Below, piece by piece: positions 1-9,307 of a stretch of 64,000 nt of DNA. The stretch is from assembly GCA_046262935.1 (NCBI GenBank), contig JBHELT010000074.1, positions 13,251 through 77,250 on the forward strand. The letters are read 5' to 3'. The number at the start of each line of letters is the position of its first letter. Position 1 is the first letter of the stretch. This stretch comes from Actinomycetota bacterium (GTDB taxonomy: Bacteria; Actinomycetota; CADDZG01; JAHWKV01). The notes beneath the pieces were generated by a model. The model saw only the letters and a program-made list of their open reading frames with translations, was not told the origin of the DNA and did not search any database. The position numbers and the translations under genes were made by a program.

Positions 1-11
1 TATTCGTCACG

Positions 12-482
12 GTGCTTACCGTCGCCGCCCTTTCGTTGGTACTAGTCACATCCAGAGGTCGCCGCGCGCCGGTGGCCGTGCAAGGCGGGGTCAAGTTGCG
101 GGCGATCATCGATCTGGTGCCGCTGTTCTTTGCCGCATCGGCGATCCGGACCCTTCTTGCGCCCGGAGTGTGGCTCCATGGCAGTTTCATCGAGCAGTTG
201 TCTTGGGGCTCTGTGTTCGGTGCGACAGTCAACAATCTGCCAGCGGCCGCGGCGATCCACGCGTCGGGAGCTACTAACGTGTGGGCGGCGATCTTGGCGC
301 TGTCCATCGGCCCGAACATGCTCTTCACCGGATCGGTCGCAACGCTGATCTGTCGGCGTATAGCACGCGACAGCGGCGCGAAGCTCTCGGCGTTGCCGTT
401 CTCCGCCCTCGGCATCGGGCTGCTTCCAGCTCAGGTCGCAGTCGCGTATGTTGGGCTGCACCTGACAGATGCTCTGCGTTGA
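12..482 (+). CDS. ArsB/NhaD-family ion transporter permease, C-terminal fragment (gene probably continues upstream of the window)
   Basis: Hydrophobic multi-TM sequence; motif LPAAAAIHASGATNVWAAILALSIGPNMLFTGS resembles the C-terminal half of ArsB/NhaD/citrate-transporter permeases. Confidence 0.4.
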   Translation: MLTVAALSLVLVTSRGRRAPVAVQGGVKLRAIIDLVPLFFAASAIRTLLAPGVWLHGSFIEQLSWGSVFGATVNNLPAAAAIHASGATNVWAAILALSIGPNMLFTGSVATLICRRIARDSGAKLSALPFSALGIGLLPAQVAVAYVGLHLTDALR

Positions 483-684
483 GCTTTGTGTGCAAATGCG
501 TCGGTCGCGAACCACTCCTTGAAGACCGCTCCTAGGATCCCGGGAAATCTAGTGTCCCTCATGCGATGTTGCGCGTTGGATGGGGGCGATCCGTGGGCGG
601 TGGCGGTATTCACCCGGACCTGCGATCTCACCTGCTAACTAGTCACCGCACTAGTTTGTTCGCACTATTCAGGCTCAACAAACG

Positions 685-2550
685 TTGGCCGAAATCAAAG
701 GAAAGGCCAACTCCGGGCCGAGTTTGACTACGCCAAGAAACCGAAGGGGTGAGCGGTTGAGACTCAAGGACCATGTCGAAGCCCTTCTTACGGCTTTGGC
801 ATTCGTGTTTCTTCGCAGATTCGGGTTGATCGCTCCAACGCCGATCTGGATATTGCTCACCCTGATCGCTGGTGGCGTTTTGTTAAGGGCGGTTGGGGAT
901 CACTTCTGGCCACCCGATGGAGATGCCGCGCAACTCCAGCTGCGCATCGCAACGGGGACCATCGCAAGCGCGCTGGTGATGTACGCGACAGGCTGGGGCC
1001 CGGTATTGGCGGTAGGTTACATGTTCACAGCCGGGGTGAACATCAAAGGTTCCGGCTCACGAGCAGCGAAACCGGCGATCGTTTGGGCCATCGTAGCGAG
1101 CGCTCTTGGGCAGGCAGCGGTGGCTATGGGGCTTGCCCCAACGCTTATCACCCAGCCTTTGGTTCACGGCTTAGCAGGCCTAAGTCTTTTAGGGGCGGTG
1201 TTCGCTATCCGATTGGTCGGTCAATCGACGGCTGAGAGAGAAACGGCCGAGCAAGAGGTGGCCGCGGCCTTGCAAAGAGAGCAACGCGTTTCCACCGATC
1301 TGCGTCGCTTGAATGACGCAATAAAAGTTGTCGCGTCTTCGATGGATATGCGAGAGATGCTGGATGCGATAACTAGTTCGATCAATGATGCATTGGAAGG
1401 CAAGTTCGCAGCCATCTTATTCAGGGGTCCCGACGCGCTGATGACCGGGTCGCTGCGAGGAAGAATCCCACCGCGGCCGGGCATGATCCATCTACCTATA
1501 GAGGCGATCGCAGAAGAGAGTGCTTGTCCCTCGTCGATGGCACTGCATACTGGAAAGCCGGTAGTGGTCCAAGACTTCCTCACCGCCACCGATCCAAAGA
1601 TAGCGAAGTGGGCCCCCGACGCGGCATCTGTTGGCGTTAGGTCGATGGTCGCGATGCCCCTTGGTGTTCCTGCGATGGCTGTGCTCAACGTTTATTTCGC
1701 CCAACCGAACTCCATAAAAGATGATGATCTGAGGCTACTTAGCGCATTCGCCGAGGAGGCAACAGTAGCGATCGCAAGAGCCGATGCATACGACCGCGAA
1801 CGCGACGCCGTTCGTCGCCTTCACGAACTCGATGAGATGAAAGATGAGTTCATCTCGACGGTTTCCCATGAGCTCAGAACCCCACTTACTACCATTGAAG
1901 GATTCGCCGACACCCTTCGACGTCGATGGGATGGACTAACCGATGAAGTCCGCCAGGACTTCGTTGGGAGGATCGGGCGCAACTCTGCTGAGATGCGCAC
2001 TCTCATAGAAGACTTGCTCGAGATGTCACGGCTGGAGCGCCAAGACTACGAATTGAAAACCCGAGTACTCCCAGTCGCCGAGCAGGTCGCGTCGTGTTTA
2101 CACTCGCTGGCGGATCTGTTCGCTGGCCGACTTATCGAAGTGAACGTTGAATCGGGTTTGGCGATGCAGGCGGACCCGAGATCCTTCGATCGCGTGCTCG
2201 ACAATGTGCTTACCAACGTTGCGAAATACTCACCGGCCGGCTCGCCAGTCCTGATCACGGCCATGCGCCAAGGGTTCGATATCGTGATTTCGGTTACGGA
2301 CCAAGGCGCAGGTATCCCGCTAGATGAACAGGCGCGGATATTCGAACGCTTCTATCAAGGTTCAGGACGCAAACCGGGAAGGAGCGGAACTGGGATCGGG
2401 CTCAATATCGCACGACGCTACATCGAGATGCAGGGGGGACGGATCTGGGTAGAGAGTGAGCCGGGGAAGGGTTCAACGTTTTCATTCACTATCCCATCGG
2501 CCCATTCGACCAGAACTCCTCCAAGGCCCAAGGTGACAACAAAGACCTGA
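685..2550 (+). CDS. membrane-associated GAF-domain sensor histidine kinase
   Basis: N-terminal TM helices, central GAF-like region, HisKA H-box FISTVSHELRTPLTTIEG, HATPase_c G-boxes GTGIGLNIARRYIEMQGGRIWVESEPGKGSTFSFTIP. Confidence 0.85.
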   Translation: MAEIKGKANSGPSLTTPRNRRGERLRLKDHVEALLTALAFVFLRRFGLIAPTPIWILLTLIAGGVLLRAVGDHFWPPDGDAAQLQLRIATGTIASALVMYATGWGPVLAVGYMFTAGVNIKGSGSRAAKPAIVWAIVASALGQAAVAMGLAPTLITQPLVHGLAGLSLLGAVFAIRLVGQSTAERETAEQEVAAALQREQRVSTDLRRLNDAIKVVASSMDMREMLDAITSSINDALEGKFAAILFRGPDALMTGSLRGRIPPRPGMIHLPIEAIAEESACPSSMALHTGKPVVVQDFLTATDPKIAKWAPDAASVGVRSMVAMPLGVPAMAVLNVYFAQPNSIKDDDLRLLSAFAEEATVAIARADAYDRERDAVRRLHELDEMKDEFISTVSHELRTPLTTIEGFADTLRRRWDGLTDEVRQDFVGRIGRNSAEMRTLIEDLLEMSRLERQDYELKTRVLPVAEQVASCLHSLADLFAGRLIEVNVESGLAMQADPRSFDRVLDNVLTNVAKYSPAGSPVLITAMRQGFDIVISVTDQGAGIPLDEQARIFERFYQGSGRKPGRSGTGIGLNIARRYIEMQGGRIWVESEPGKGSTFSFTIPSAHSTRTPPRPKVTTKT

Positions 2551-2554
2551 TCCC

Positions 2555-3786
2555 CTAGAACTTCACTTGCAGTTCGGTCAATCCCCTGAGGACTATGTTG
2601 GGCTTATAGACCAAAGCTTCGTCGCTGAGGCTCATGGTGGGAAGTCGTTCGAACAATCTCTGCAGAACCATCCTGCCTTCGAGCCTCGCTAGCGGCGCCC
2701 CGAGGCAGAAGTGGATGCCGTTGCTGAACGAGACATGCGGATTCTTAACGCGAGACACGTCGAAGCGGTCTGGTTGATCGAAAGCTTCTGGATCACGATT
2801 CGCGGAACCAACGAGCAGGATCATCTCCTGCCCCTTGTCGATGTCATATCCACCAACCTTCATCGGCTCGCGGGCGACCCGCGACGTCAACTGCACCGGC
2901 GGGTCGAACCGCAAAACTTCCTCGACCAGGTTCCGCCAACCTGAAGCCGAAGCTCCTTCATTGGCAACGCCAACCTGGTCGGGATTTCTAAGCAGCGCCA
3001 AAACTCCATTGGCGATCAGGTTCACCGTTGTTTCGTGTCCCGCCACGAGCAACAGCACGCAGGTAGTCAGCATCTCTTCCTCGGTCAATTTCTGGCCTTG
3101 GTTCTCGGATTGGATCAAACCACTCAAAAGATCGTCGGTTGGGTTGGCCCTGCGTAGCTTGATCAACTGAAGGAAGTACTCATGGAACTCGTCGTCGGCC
3201 TGCTGACGCTGCTTGAGACCTCGTCTGGTAACTCAGTCACTGGGTCCAAACTGCTTGCCAACTCTCGCGACCAAGCCCTGAAGCGCTCTCTATCTTCGAG
3301 GGGTACTCCCAACATCTCGCAGATGACCGTCACCGGTATGGGATACGCGATGGATTCGATGATGTCCATGTGACCCTCAGCCGATGCCAGATCGATCGCC
3401 TCATCTATCAACGAGGCGATACGAGGACGAAGGTCATCGACCGTTCTTGGCGTGAATGCCTTTGAAACCAAGTTCCGCAAACGCGTGTGGTTTGGAGGAT
3501 CCATGAAAAGGAAAGACTGGGTGCGCTCTTGCCACTCGATGGCGGTCGGATCGTTGGCTTCAAGCATCTGGGTGAATTCCTGCGAATTCCTGAAGTCCGA
3601 GGACGACAAGGGATCTTGCAAGATGCGCACACAGTCAGCATGGCGAGCAACTATGACGGAGCCGAAAGGGCTACGGTGGATCGGAGCTTCTTGACGCACG
3701 CGAGCGAACGCGGGATAGGGATCTTTCTTGAATTCGGGGTCGAACGGATTGAAGATGATCTCGTTCAAGACAGGTACTGCGTTCAT
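2555..3786 (-). pseudogene. cytochrome P450, split into two ORFs (3163..3786 N-terminal half; 2555..3166 C-terminal half) by a frameshift near 3166-3235
   Basis: C-terminal half carries the I-helix AGHETT and the heme-binding loop FSNGIHFCLGAPLARLEG. Upstream frame reads EYFLQLIKLRRANPTDDLLS (the YFxxLIxxRR motif) but hits a stop at 3233-3235, while the N-terminal ORF ends at 3163 in another frame. Confidence 0.8.
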
Positions 3787-3861
3787 GCGGTCACTCTAAA
3801 GCAATGCAGGCGTTACGTTTCAGGATGAGCATTTGTGCAACGTAAGTGGTGATGAATCGTT

Positions 3862-4179
3862 ATGACACATGAAGAACCGAGGTTCACATTGTTCGAAGAT
3901 CTCTCAAGGAAAGCGCGGGGGGAACTGCGTGCCACCGGCATCGTCTATCTGCTCGACTTTGCGGGTCCGACGGAACCTTTGTCGCCACTGGGTGAGAGCT
4001 TGCCTCGCATCGTTGGATATTGGGAGGCCGAACTCGACGGACAGGACGTGGTCATCGAGGCGGCGCCAGGCTTCGAAGAACTAGGCAAAGCGCTTTCATG
4101 GGCGCGGGAGCGAGCCAGCGTGGTTTTGCTGTCATCGCCTGACGGAACCATCCTCTACGGCGACACCGACCCGAGGTAG
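3862..4179 (+). CDS. hypothetical protein (105 aa)
   Basis: Intact ORF with high-GC codon bias; no recognisable motif. Confidence 0.35.
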   Translation: MTHEEPRFTLFEDLSRKARGELRATGIVYLLDFAGPTEPLSPLGESLPRIVGYWEAELDGQDVVIEAAPGFEELGKALSWARERASVVLLSSPDGTILYGDTDPR

Positions 4180-4279
4180 CTTCGGGGAGCTAACTCCGCT
4201 CCTGATCTCCTGCAACTCCTGTGTCGGGTTAGGCTCGGCGCTGGAACGGGGCGAAGTCCGTGATGCTCTCGGAGGTCAG

Positions 4280-5296
4280 ATGCAGCAACTCACTTTTATC
4301 TCTGCTGGCAACCTCGAATGGCACGAGAGCGATGACCCCACTCTTGGTGGGCCGAAGCAAGCCCTCGTGCGACCGACCGCGGTTGCGATGTGCGACCTCG
4401 ATATCGCAGCTATCCAAGGTCTAGCCCCGATACCGGGCCCGTTCGCGCTCGGTCATGAATTCACCGCGACGGTTATCGAGGTCGGCGACGAGGTGATCCG
4501 AGTCCGACCGGGTGATGAGGTGATCTGTTCATTTCAGATCAGTTGTGGAATATGCGTCCGTTGCCTGAGGGGAGATACCGGCAACTGCACAGAAGTGAAC
4601 CCCGGCGCTATGTATGGACTTGGCCAGGTTGGCGGAGAGCATTGGGGCGGTGCGATGGCCGACATCGTCCTGGTTCCGTTCGCAGACGCCATGCTATTCG
4701 CGGTGTCTGCATCGATCTCGGCCCCCACCCTCGCAAGCTCGAGCGACAACATCGTCGACGGTTACCGTACCGTTGCACCATCGCTCGCGAAGCACCCAGG
4801 TGCCGACGTGCTGATCGTCGCCGGCGGCGCGCGGAGCATCCCGCTTTACACCGTTCAGATCGCAAGGGCCTTGGGCGCGGGTCGGATCGATTACATCGAT
4901 CATGATGTAGCTCGCCTCGATCTTGCGGAAAAGTTCGGCGCCCGTCCGATCGAGGGCCCCCCTGGTAAGAAGGCGGGCAGTTACCAGGTGACAGTCGATG
5001 CGAGTGCTACGGAAGACGGCCTGCGATGTGCCATCCGCTCGACGGAACCTGGTGGTACATGTACCAGCATCGGGATCTACTATTCGGATGTCGAGATGCC
5101 GTTGCTTCACATGTACAGCAAGGGGATCACGTTCATCACCGGCAGGCCCGACTCGGTGGCCACGCTTCCAGAAGTGATCAAACTCATCGAAACCGGCCGC
5201 ATCGACCCGGATGAATTGCAAACGACGTTCGCTTGGGAAGATGCGATCGAAGCTTTGAAAGATCCGCCCGTCAAGACCATCTTCGTTCGGGATTAA
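4280..5296 (+). CDS. zinc-dependent alcohol dehydrogenase family (MDR) oxidoreductase
   Basis: GHEFTATVIEVG catalytic-Zn motif, structural-Zn cysteine cluster CGICVRCLRGDTGNC, Rossmann segment LIVAGGARSIP. Confidence 0.8.
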   Translation: MQQLTFISAGNLEWHESDDPTLGGPKQALVRPTAVAMCDLDIAAIQGLAPIPGPFALGHEFTATVIEVGDEVIRVRPGDEVICSFQISCGICVRCLRGDTGNCTEVNPGAMYGLGQVGGEHWGGAMADIVLVPFADAMLFAVSASISAPTLASSSDNIVDGYRTVAPSLAKHPGADVLIVAGGARSIPLYTVQIARALGAGRIDYIDHDVARLDLAEKFGARPIEGPPGKKAGSYQVTVDASATEDGLRCAIRSTEPGGTCTSIGIYYSDVEMPLLHMYSKGITFITGRPDSVATLPEVIKLIETGRIDPDELQTTFAWEDAIEALKDPPVKTIFVRD

Positions 5297-5309
5297 AGCA
5301 GCCGCAACC

Positions 5310-5729
5310 CTATTCGCCGAAACCCAGACGTCGGTGATTGGTTCGTATGCAAGTGTCCATAACAACCGTTAGACCGGCTTCTATCGCGATCTCTGCGGCT
5401 TCATCGGAGATGATCCCAGGTTGCATCCAAAGGACCTTCGCTCCGATCTTGATCGCAGAACGCGCGATGCCTGGGGCTTCTTCGGCGGGCCTGAAGACAT
5501 CGACGACGTCGACGGGGATGTCGACGTCATCCAGGGAGCCGTAGACCTTCTCGCCTAGTATCTCGCCGCCCTTTGGATTGACCGGGACGATCTTATATCC
5601 GTAGTACTGCAGGTATTCAGGAACGGTGTGTGCGTCTTTCGACGGATCCGCAGATATCCCAACCACCGCGATGGTCTTGGCAGAGGTGTATATGGCTGAG
5701 AGTTCTTCGTCGGTGGGCATCGTGCGCAT
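5310..5729 (-). CDS. CoA-binding domain protein (YccU/YneT-like)
   Basis: KTIAVVGISADPSKDAHTVPEYLQYYGYKIVPVNP is a typical CoA-binding Rossmann motif. Start trimmed to the MRTMPTDEEL methionine, which abuts the stop of the upstream gene at 5731. Confidence 0.7.
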   Translation of the reverse strand: MRTMPTDEELSAIYTSAKTIAVVGISADPSKDAHTVPEYLQYYGYKIVPVNPKGGEILGEKVYGSLDDVDIPVDVVDVFRPAEEAPGIARSAIKIGAKVLWMQPGIISDEAAEIAIEAGLTVVMDTCIRTNHRRLGFGE

Positions 5730-5730
5730 A

Positions 5731-7344
5731 TTATCCGACCCATTCGCTGAGCATCGCCTTAAGTTGAGCATGATGTTCGGAAGTGGCGAAATCCAAAAGA
5801 TCATTCGAAGGCAGCAGATGTTCGGCAACGTCGCCATGGCGACGCAGATACGCGGCCGGGTGGATGTTACCGTTGTCGTCGGTCTCAACCGCCACCGCGA
5901 TGCCATCGGGGCCAGAGGAGTCTACGAAGTCAGCGAGGGGCAGGATGCCTTGATCCGTAAGCCCAGATGTTTCATCAAAATAGACGACTCTGGCCAGATA
6001 GGAGGGCTGATTCCAAAGCTCGGGGGCCCGCGTTACCTCATCGACTAGGTAGCCGACGAGCGAAGCGGGCTCGATGACCGGCCGTTCGAGTTTGACCCCG
6101 AATCTTGTCTCGGCCAGATGTCGAGCTAGCACCCCGGCGTTATAGCGGAAGCCATGAACAGCTGCGGAGTTGCTGGGGATACCGTACTTCTTGAGACCGA
6201 TCGAACCCTGGGTTATGGAACCAGCGAAATAGATACCATCGATCGTGGAACTCTCGAAATATGGAGTTTGAGCTGGTAAGCGGCCTTGGAAGAAAGTCTT
6301 GACCCCTAGCGCGGGTAGGTCAACCATCGGCGTTGAGAACCCGGTCGCTGCGATCACTTCGTCTACATCGAAAGTGTGGTCTCCCGGATTGGTCGTGCCC
6401 ATAGCGTGCACGCGGTACCCATCGCCGTTGCGCTCGATGGAGTCGGTCGCAGCATCGAGAACGATGTTGCCTCCACCAAGAACGTGATCTTCGTATGGCT
6501 GCAGATAGCGGGCCCTCGCGGCGGCCGTTGAATGCACCATCACCGATATCCGTGCAGGGCGGGGGGATGCGAGGATTATCTGGCGGGCCACGGGCAACAG
6601 TCCATCTGCCACCTCGAAACCAGAATTGCGCTTGCCCAGTATGAAGACGCTTCGCCCTGCGTAGCGTTCGATCGACTTTGTTTCAACGTAATGCGGAACT
6701 TGTTCGATGCCTTTGATCGAAGGCTTCCACGGTGTCGTTGTTCCCACCGCGACGATCATGACTTGCGCATGGTATTCGCCATCGTTGGTACCAACAACGA
6801 ACCCATCATCGACCTTCTTGGTTGACTCCCATCTGCAACCGAACCGGATCTTGATGTTCGCCTTCTCGACGAAAGTTCTGATGCCGAGCTCCATTTCAGG
6901 GCGCGACGGGAAATAGGAGGACCCGTCCATCAATGGTGGCAGGATGGAACTGGCCTCGGGCTCATCTGCGATGAGACTGTTCCAATCGAACTTCTGATAA
7001 GCGCGGGTACCGCGCGGCGCAGGTGCGTGGGGTTTGGTCCAAGAGATCAGTCGCTGGAACAGCGGGTAAAGCTGGAACATCCCACCTGGCTTATCGTCGG
7101 ACGAGATAACGGCGTGTTCAACTCCATATCTCCGCAGGAAATAGGAGGTTTGTATCGCTCCCGGCCCGCTGCCGATGATGATCGCCGGATACCTACCCGG
7201 AGGGAAGGGCCGCTCGGTCTCGCTCAGTTGCGCCACTGCAATGATCTGTGCAAGCGCGAAGCTTCGGCCTGCAGCATGCGATACATGACCTTCGGATGTG
7301 CTTCGAGGAATCCCTGCAGATCTGACGCTGGCAGGACCAAACAT
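5731..7344 (-). CDS. FAD/NAD(P)-binding oxidoreductase (flavin-containing monooxygenase-like, two dinucleotide-binding motifs)
   Basis: IIGSGPGAIQ (GxGxxG) near the N-terminus and a second ILGKRNSGFEVADGL motif; 537 aa. Confidence 0.6.
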   Translation of the reverse strand: MFGPASVRSAGIPRSTSEGHVSHAAGRSFALAQIIAVAQLSETERPFPPGRYPAIIIGSGPGAIQTSYFLRRYGVEHAVISSDDKPGGMFQLYPLFQRLISWTKPHAPAPRGTRAYQKFDWNSLIADEPEASSILPPLMDGSSYFPSRPEMELGIRTFVEKANIKIRFGCRWESTKKVDDGFVVGTNDGEYHAQVMIVAVGTTTPWKPSIKGIEQVPHYVETKSIERYAGRSVFILGKRNSGFEVADGLLPVARQIILASPRPARISVMVHSTAAARARYLQPYEDHVLGGGNIVLDAATDSIERNGDGYRVHAMGTTNPGDHTFDVDEVIAATGFSTPMVDLPALGVKTFFQGRLPAQTPYFESSTIDGIYFAGSITQGSIGLKKYGIPSNSAAVHGFRYNAGVLARHLAETRFGVKLERPVIEPASLVGYLVDEVTRAPELWNQPSYLARVVYFDETSGLTDQGILPLADFVDSSGPDGIAVAVETDDNGNIHPAAYLRRHGDVAEHLLPSNDLLDFATSEHHAQLKAMLSEWVG

Positions 7345-7652
7345 CGAAGAGCCGTTCTTGCCACGATGTCGGCAGTGGGCGATGACCCAAGCAGGATGGA
7401 GATCTCGCCAAAGAAGTCGCCGCGGGACAAACGCGCAACCTGTTGCTCGTCTAGCTGAACATCTGCTTCGCCTTCGATGATCAGATAGAAGCCTGCACCC
7501 GAGAATCCTTTACGCAGAACACGTTGCCCGGCTGTGAAGACATCCTCTTCGAAAATATGGGCAGCAGCCTCGAGTTGGGGTCGTGAAAGATCTGCGAACA
7601 GAGCGAGTTGCGCGATCGCATCGATGACATCGCTAAGGTCAGTGGCAGTCAT
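7224..7652 (-). CDS. stand-alone cyclic-nucleotide-binding (cNMP/CAP-effector) domain protein, 142 aa
   Basis: FGEISILLGSSPTADIVARTALRCLVL and RKGFSGAGFYLIIEGEADV match the cNMP-binding β-roll. Start set to MTATDLS (ATG at 7650-7652); the longer tracked ORF overlaps the upstream gene. Confidence 0.7.
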   Translation of the reverse strand: MTATDLSDVIDAIAQLALFADLSRPQLEAAAHIFEEDVFTAGQRVLRKGFSGAGFYLIIEGEADVQLDEQQVARLSRGDFFGEISILLGSSPTADIVARTALRCLVLPASDLQGFLEAHPKVMYRMLQAEASRLHRSLQWRN

Positions 7653-7723
7653 GTTCCCTTTCTGAAATTCCTCTGCTTGCCCCCGGGCCCCACGCAGTAA
7701 GGGTCCGGAGTTGATGCTGAAGT

Positions 7724-9298
7724 CTATTCGCTGGCGGTTGGGCTCGTTGGTCGGTAGCGGAAGTAGCCCCAGAAGCCGAATGAGAAGATTGCAAAACCCA
7801 GGAACAATCCAACCACCACGGCGGTCGAGATGGTCCGCGAGATGCTTATGTAACCGGTGGCCGGATCTAGCAAGACATGGATGAAACCGAAAAGGCTGAC
7901 ACCGAACAAGATGCCCCACAGCAGACGGTTCCAGACCGCGAGTTTCTGTCCGTCGAGGAAATGAAGGGGCAAAAGACCAAACACGAGTCCCTCTAAACCA
8001 GCAACGAATGTTGCCGCAAGCAGCGCGTCGAGAGCCAGCACACCGAACGACGCACCCGGGATCTGTGCGAGTGCCTTCACGGGGATCCAGGCGAACCAGG
8101 CCGCGAGACTGACGATGAACACCGCGATCGACGCGATCGCCACGGACAGTCCTTCGAACTTCTTTGAAAGCCGACCCCTGAATGCCGCCGCTGCCACAAG
8201 CCCATACAGATACCCAGGTTGGAAATCCAAGAGCCTCGAAAGTGCGACGCATAAAACAGCCACGATCAATGAACCAGGGAATACGCGGAGATAGACCTTG
8301 GTTTTGGCGATCTTCTGGATGTACAAGCCAGAGACCAATTCGCCGATGAATGTCATCAACACGATCGCGCCGATGATGCCGACCAACAGAGACAACGATG
8401 CCTTGTTCAAGCCGAAGTCCGGCGATAGGAAGCCATACAGTGCTGCCGTGATGAGGCTCAGCAAGGCGAACCCCTTGTATGACCGCGACAGTTTTCGAAG
8501 AGTGTCTTTGGCCTTCTTCGCCCCGGCCCGGGTGCGTCGGAACCAACCGTGGATCTCGTCGTAATGCTCTTCGTAGGTGCTGTTGAAGATCTGGGCCGGG
8601 AACGCGAGCAGCAGGGTGAGCAGGAGCGCGAGTAGTGAACTCCTTCCAAGGGAACGCGCGTCGGTCTTCACCGTAGATGGGTCCCTGACCGACGAAACGA
8701 ACCGCGATCGGTCCGGATTGCCGTGAGTTGGCGGTGGCGATGACGCGACCCGGGGCGACGGCGAAGGACTGGGACTAGGCGATGGCAAGGGACTCGGTGA
8801 CGGACTAGGTGATGGCGACGGGCTCGGCGATGGCGACGGACTGGGCCGTGGGCGCCGCGAAGGGCTGGGGCTCGGAGTCACCTGTGGCGAAGAAGCTGGT
8901 GCGCTGACCGTCAGGAAGAATCGCGCGATATCCGCGCTGGGGCAGTTGCCTTCGCAATGCTCTATAACCAGAACGTAATCTCCTGGAGTTGCCGAGGCAT
9001 CAACAGTGATGATCATCGTGTCGCTCCAACCCTTGGGAGTGACATCGTTCCTATTGGGACATTGGAAATCTCTAAATGTGACGACTATCAGCGAGGAACT
9101 TGGGGACATCGATTGCAGGTCGAGGCAGCCTGGACTCACTCCGTTACTCACTCGCACATCTACGGTCAAACTGCTGCTTGGAGTCGTTGAGCCGGATGAT
9201 TGAGCGAGCGTTACAGTCGCCCAGGCCGAGTCGACCCCAAGCAAGATCACAGCGATCAGCACGAAGGCAACCAGCGCCCCCGCTGAGATCTTTCTCAT
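7724..9298 (-). CDS. secreted/membrane protein: signal peptide, ~130-aa extracellular Cys-containing domain, (Pro-Ser)n linker, C-terminal polytopic membrane domain
   Basis: N-terminal hydrophobic signal MRKISAGALVAFVLIAVILLG; PSPSPS repeat; at least 6 predicted TM helices C-terminally; no catalytic motif recognised. Confidence 0.6.
   Translation of the reverse strand: MRKISAGALVAFVLIAVILLGVDSAWATVTLAQSSGSTTPSSSLTVDVRVSNGVSPGCLDLQSMSPSSSLIVVTFRDFQCPNRNDVTPKGWSDTMIITVDASATPGDYVLVIEHCEGNCPSADIARFFLTVSAPASSPQVTPSPSPSRRPRPSPSPSPSPSPSPSPSPSPLPSPSPSPSPSPRVASSPPPTHGNPDRSRFVSSVRDPSTVKTDARSLGRSSLLALLLTLLLAFPAQIFNSTYEEHYDEIHGWFRRTRAGAKKAKDTLRKLSRSYKGFALLSLITAALYGFLSPDFGLNKASLSLLVGIIGAIVLMTFIGELVSGLYIQKIAKTKVYLRVFPGSLIVAVLCVALSRLLDFQPGYLYGLVAAAAFRGRLSKKFEGLSVAIASIAVFIVSLAAWFAWIPVKALAQIPGASFGVLALDALLAATFVAGLEGLVFGLLPLHFLDGQKLAVWNRLLWGILFGVSLFGFIHVLLDPATGYISISRTISTAVVVGLFLGFAIFSFGFWGYFRYRPTSPTASE
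8745..8885. repeat. coding tandem repeat (GAYGGN/GGCGAY units) encoding the (Pro-Ser)n linker of the membrane protein
   Basis: Visible periodicity gatggcgacgg / gactgggac in the sequence. Confidence 0.6.
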
Positions 9299-9307
9299 GC
9301 CGTTCCG

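Noticed and set aside
5310-5906. 198-aa version of the CoA-binding protein
   Set aside because: The first 59 aa overlap the upstream oxidoreductase gene and are Arg/Cys-rich low-quality sequence; the internal Met at 5729 gives a normal-length CoA-binding protein.
7224-8546. 440-aa ORF on the minus strand
   Set aside because: Its N-terminal ~300 aa lie entirely inside, and in a different frame from, the well-supported membrane-protein gene 7724-9298 and are Arg/Gly-rich nonsense typical of high-GC shadow frames. Only the C-terminal 142 aa (cNMP-binding domain, start at 7652) are credible.
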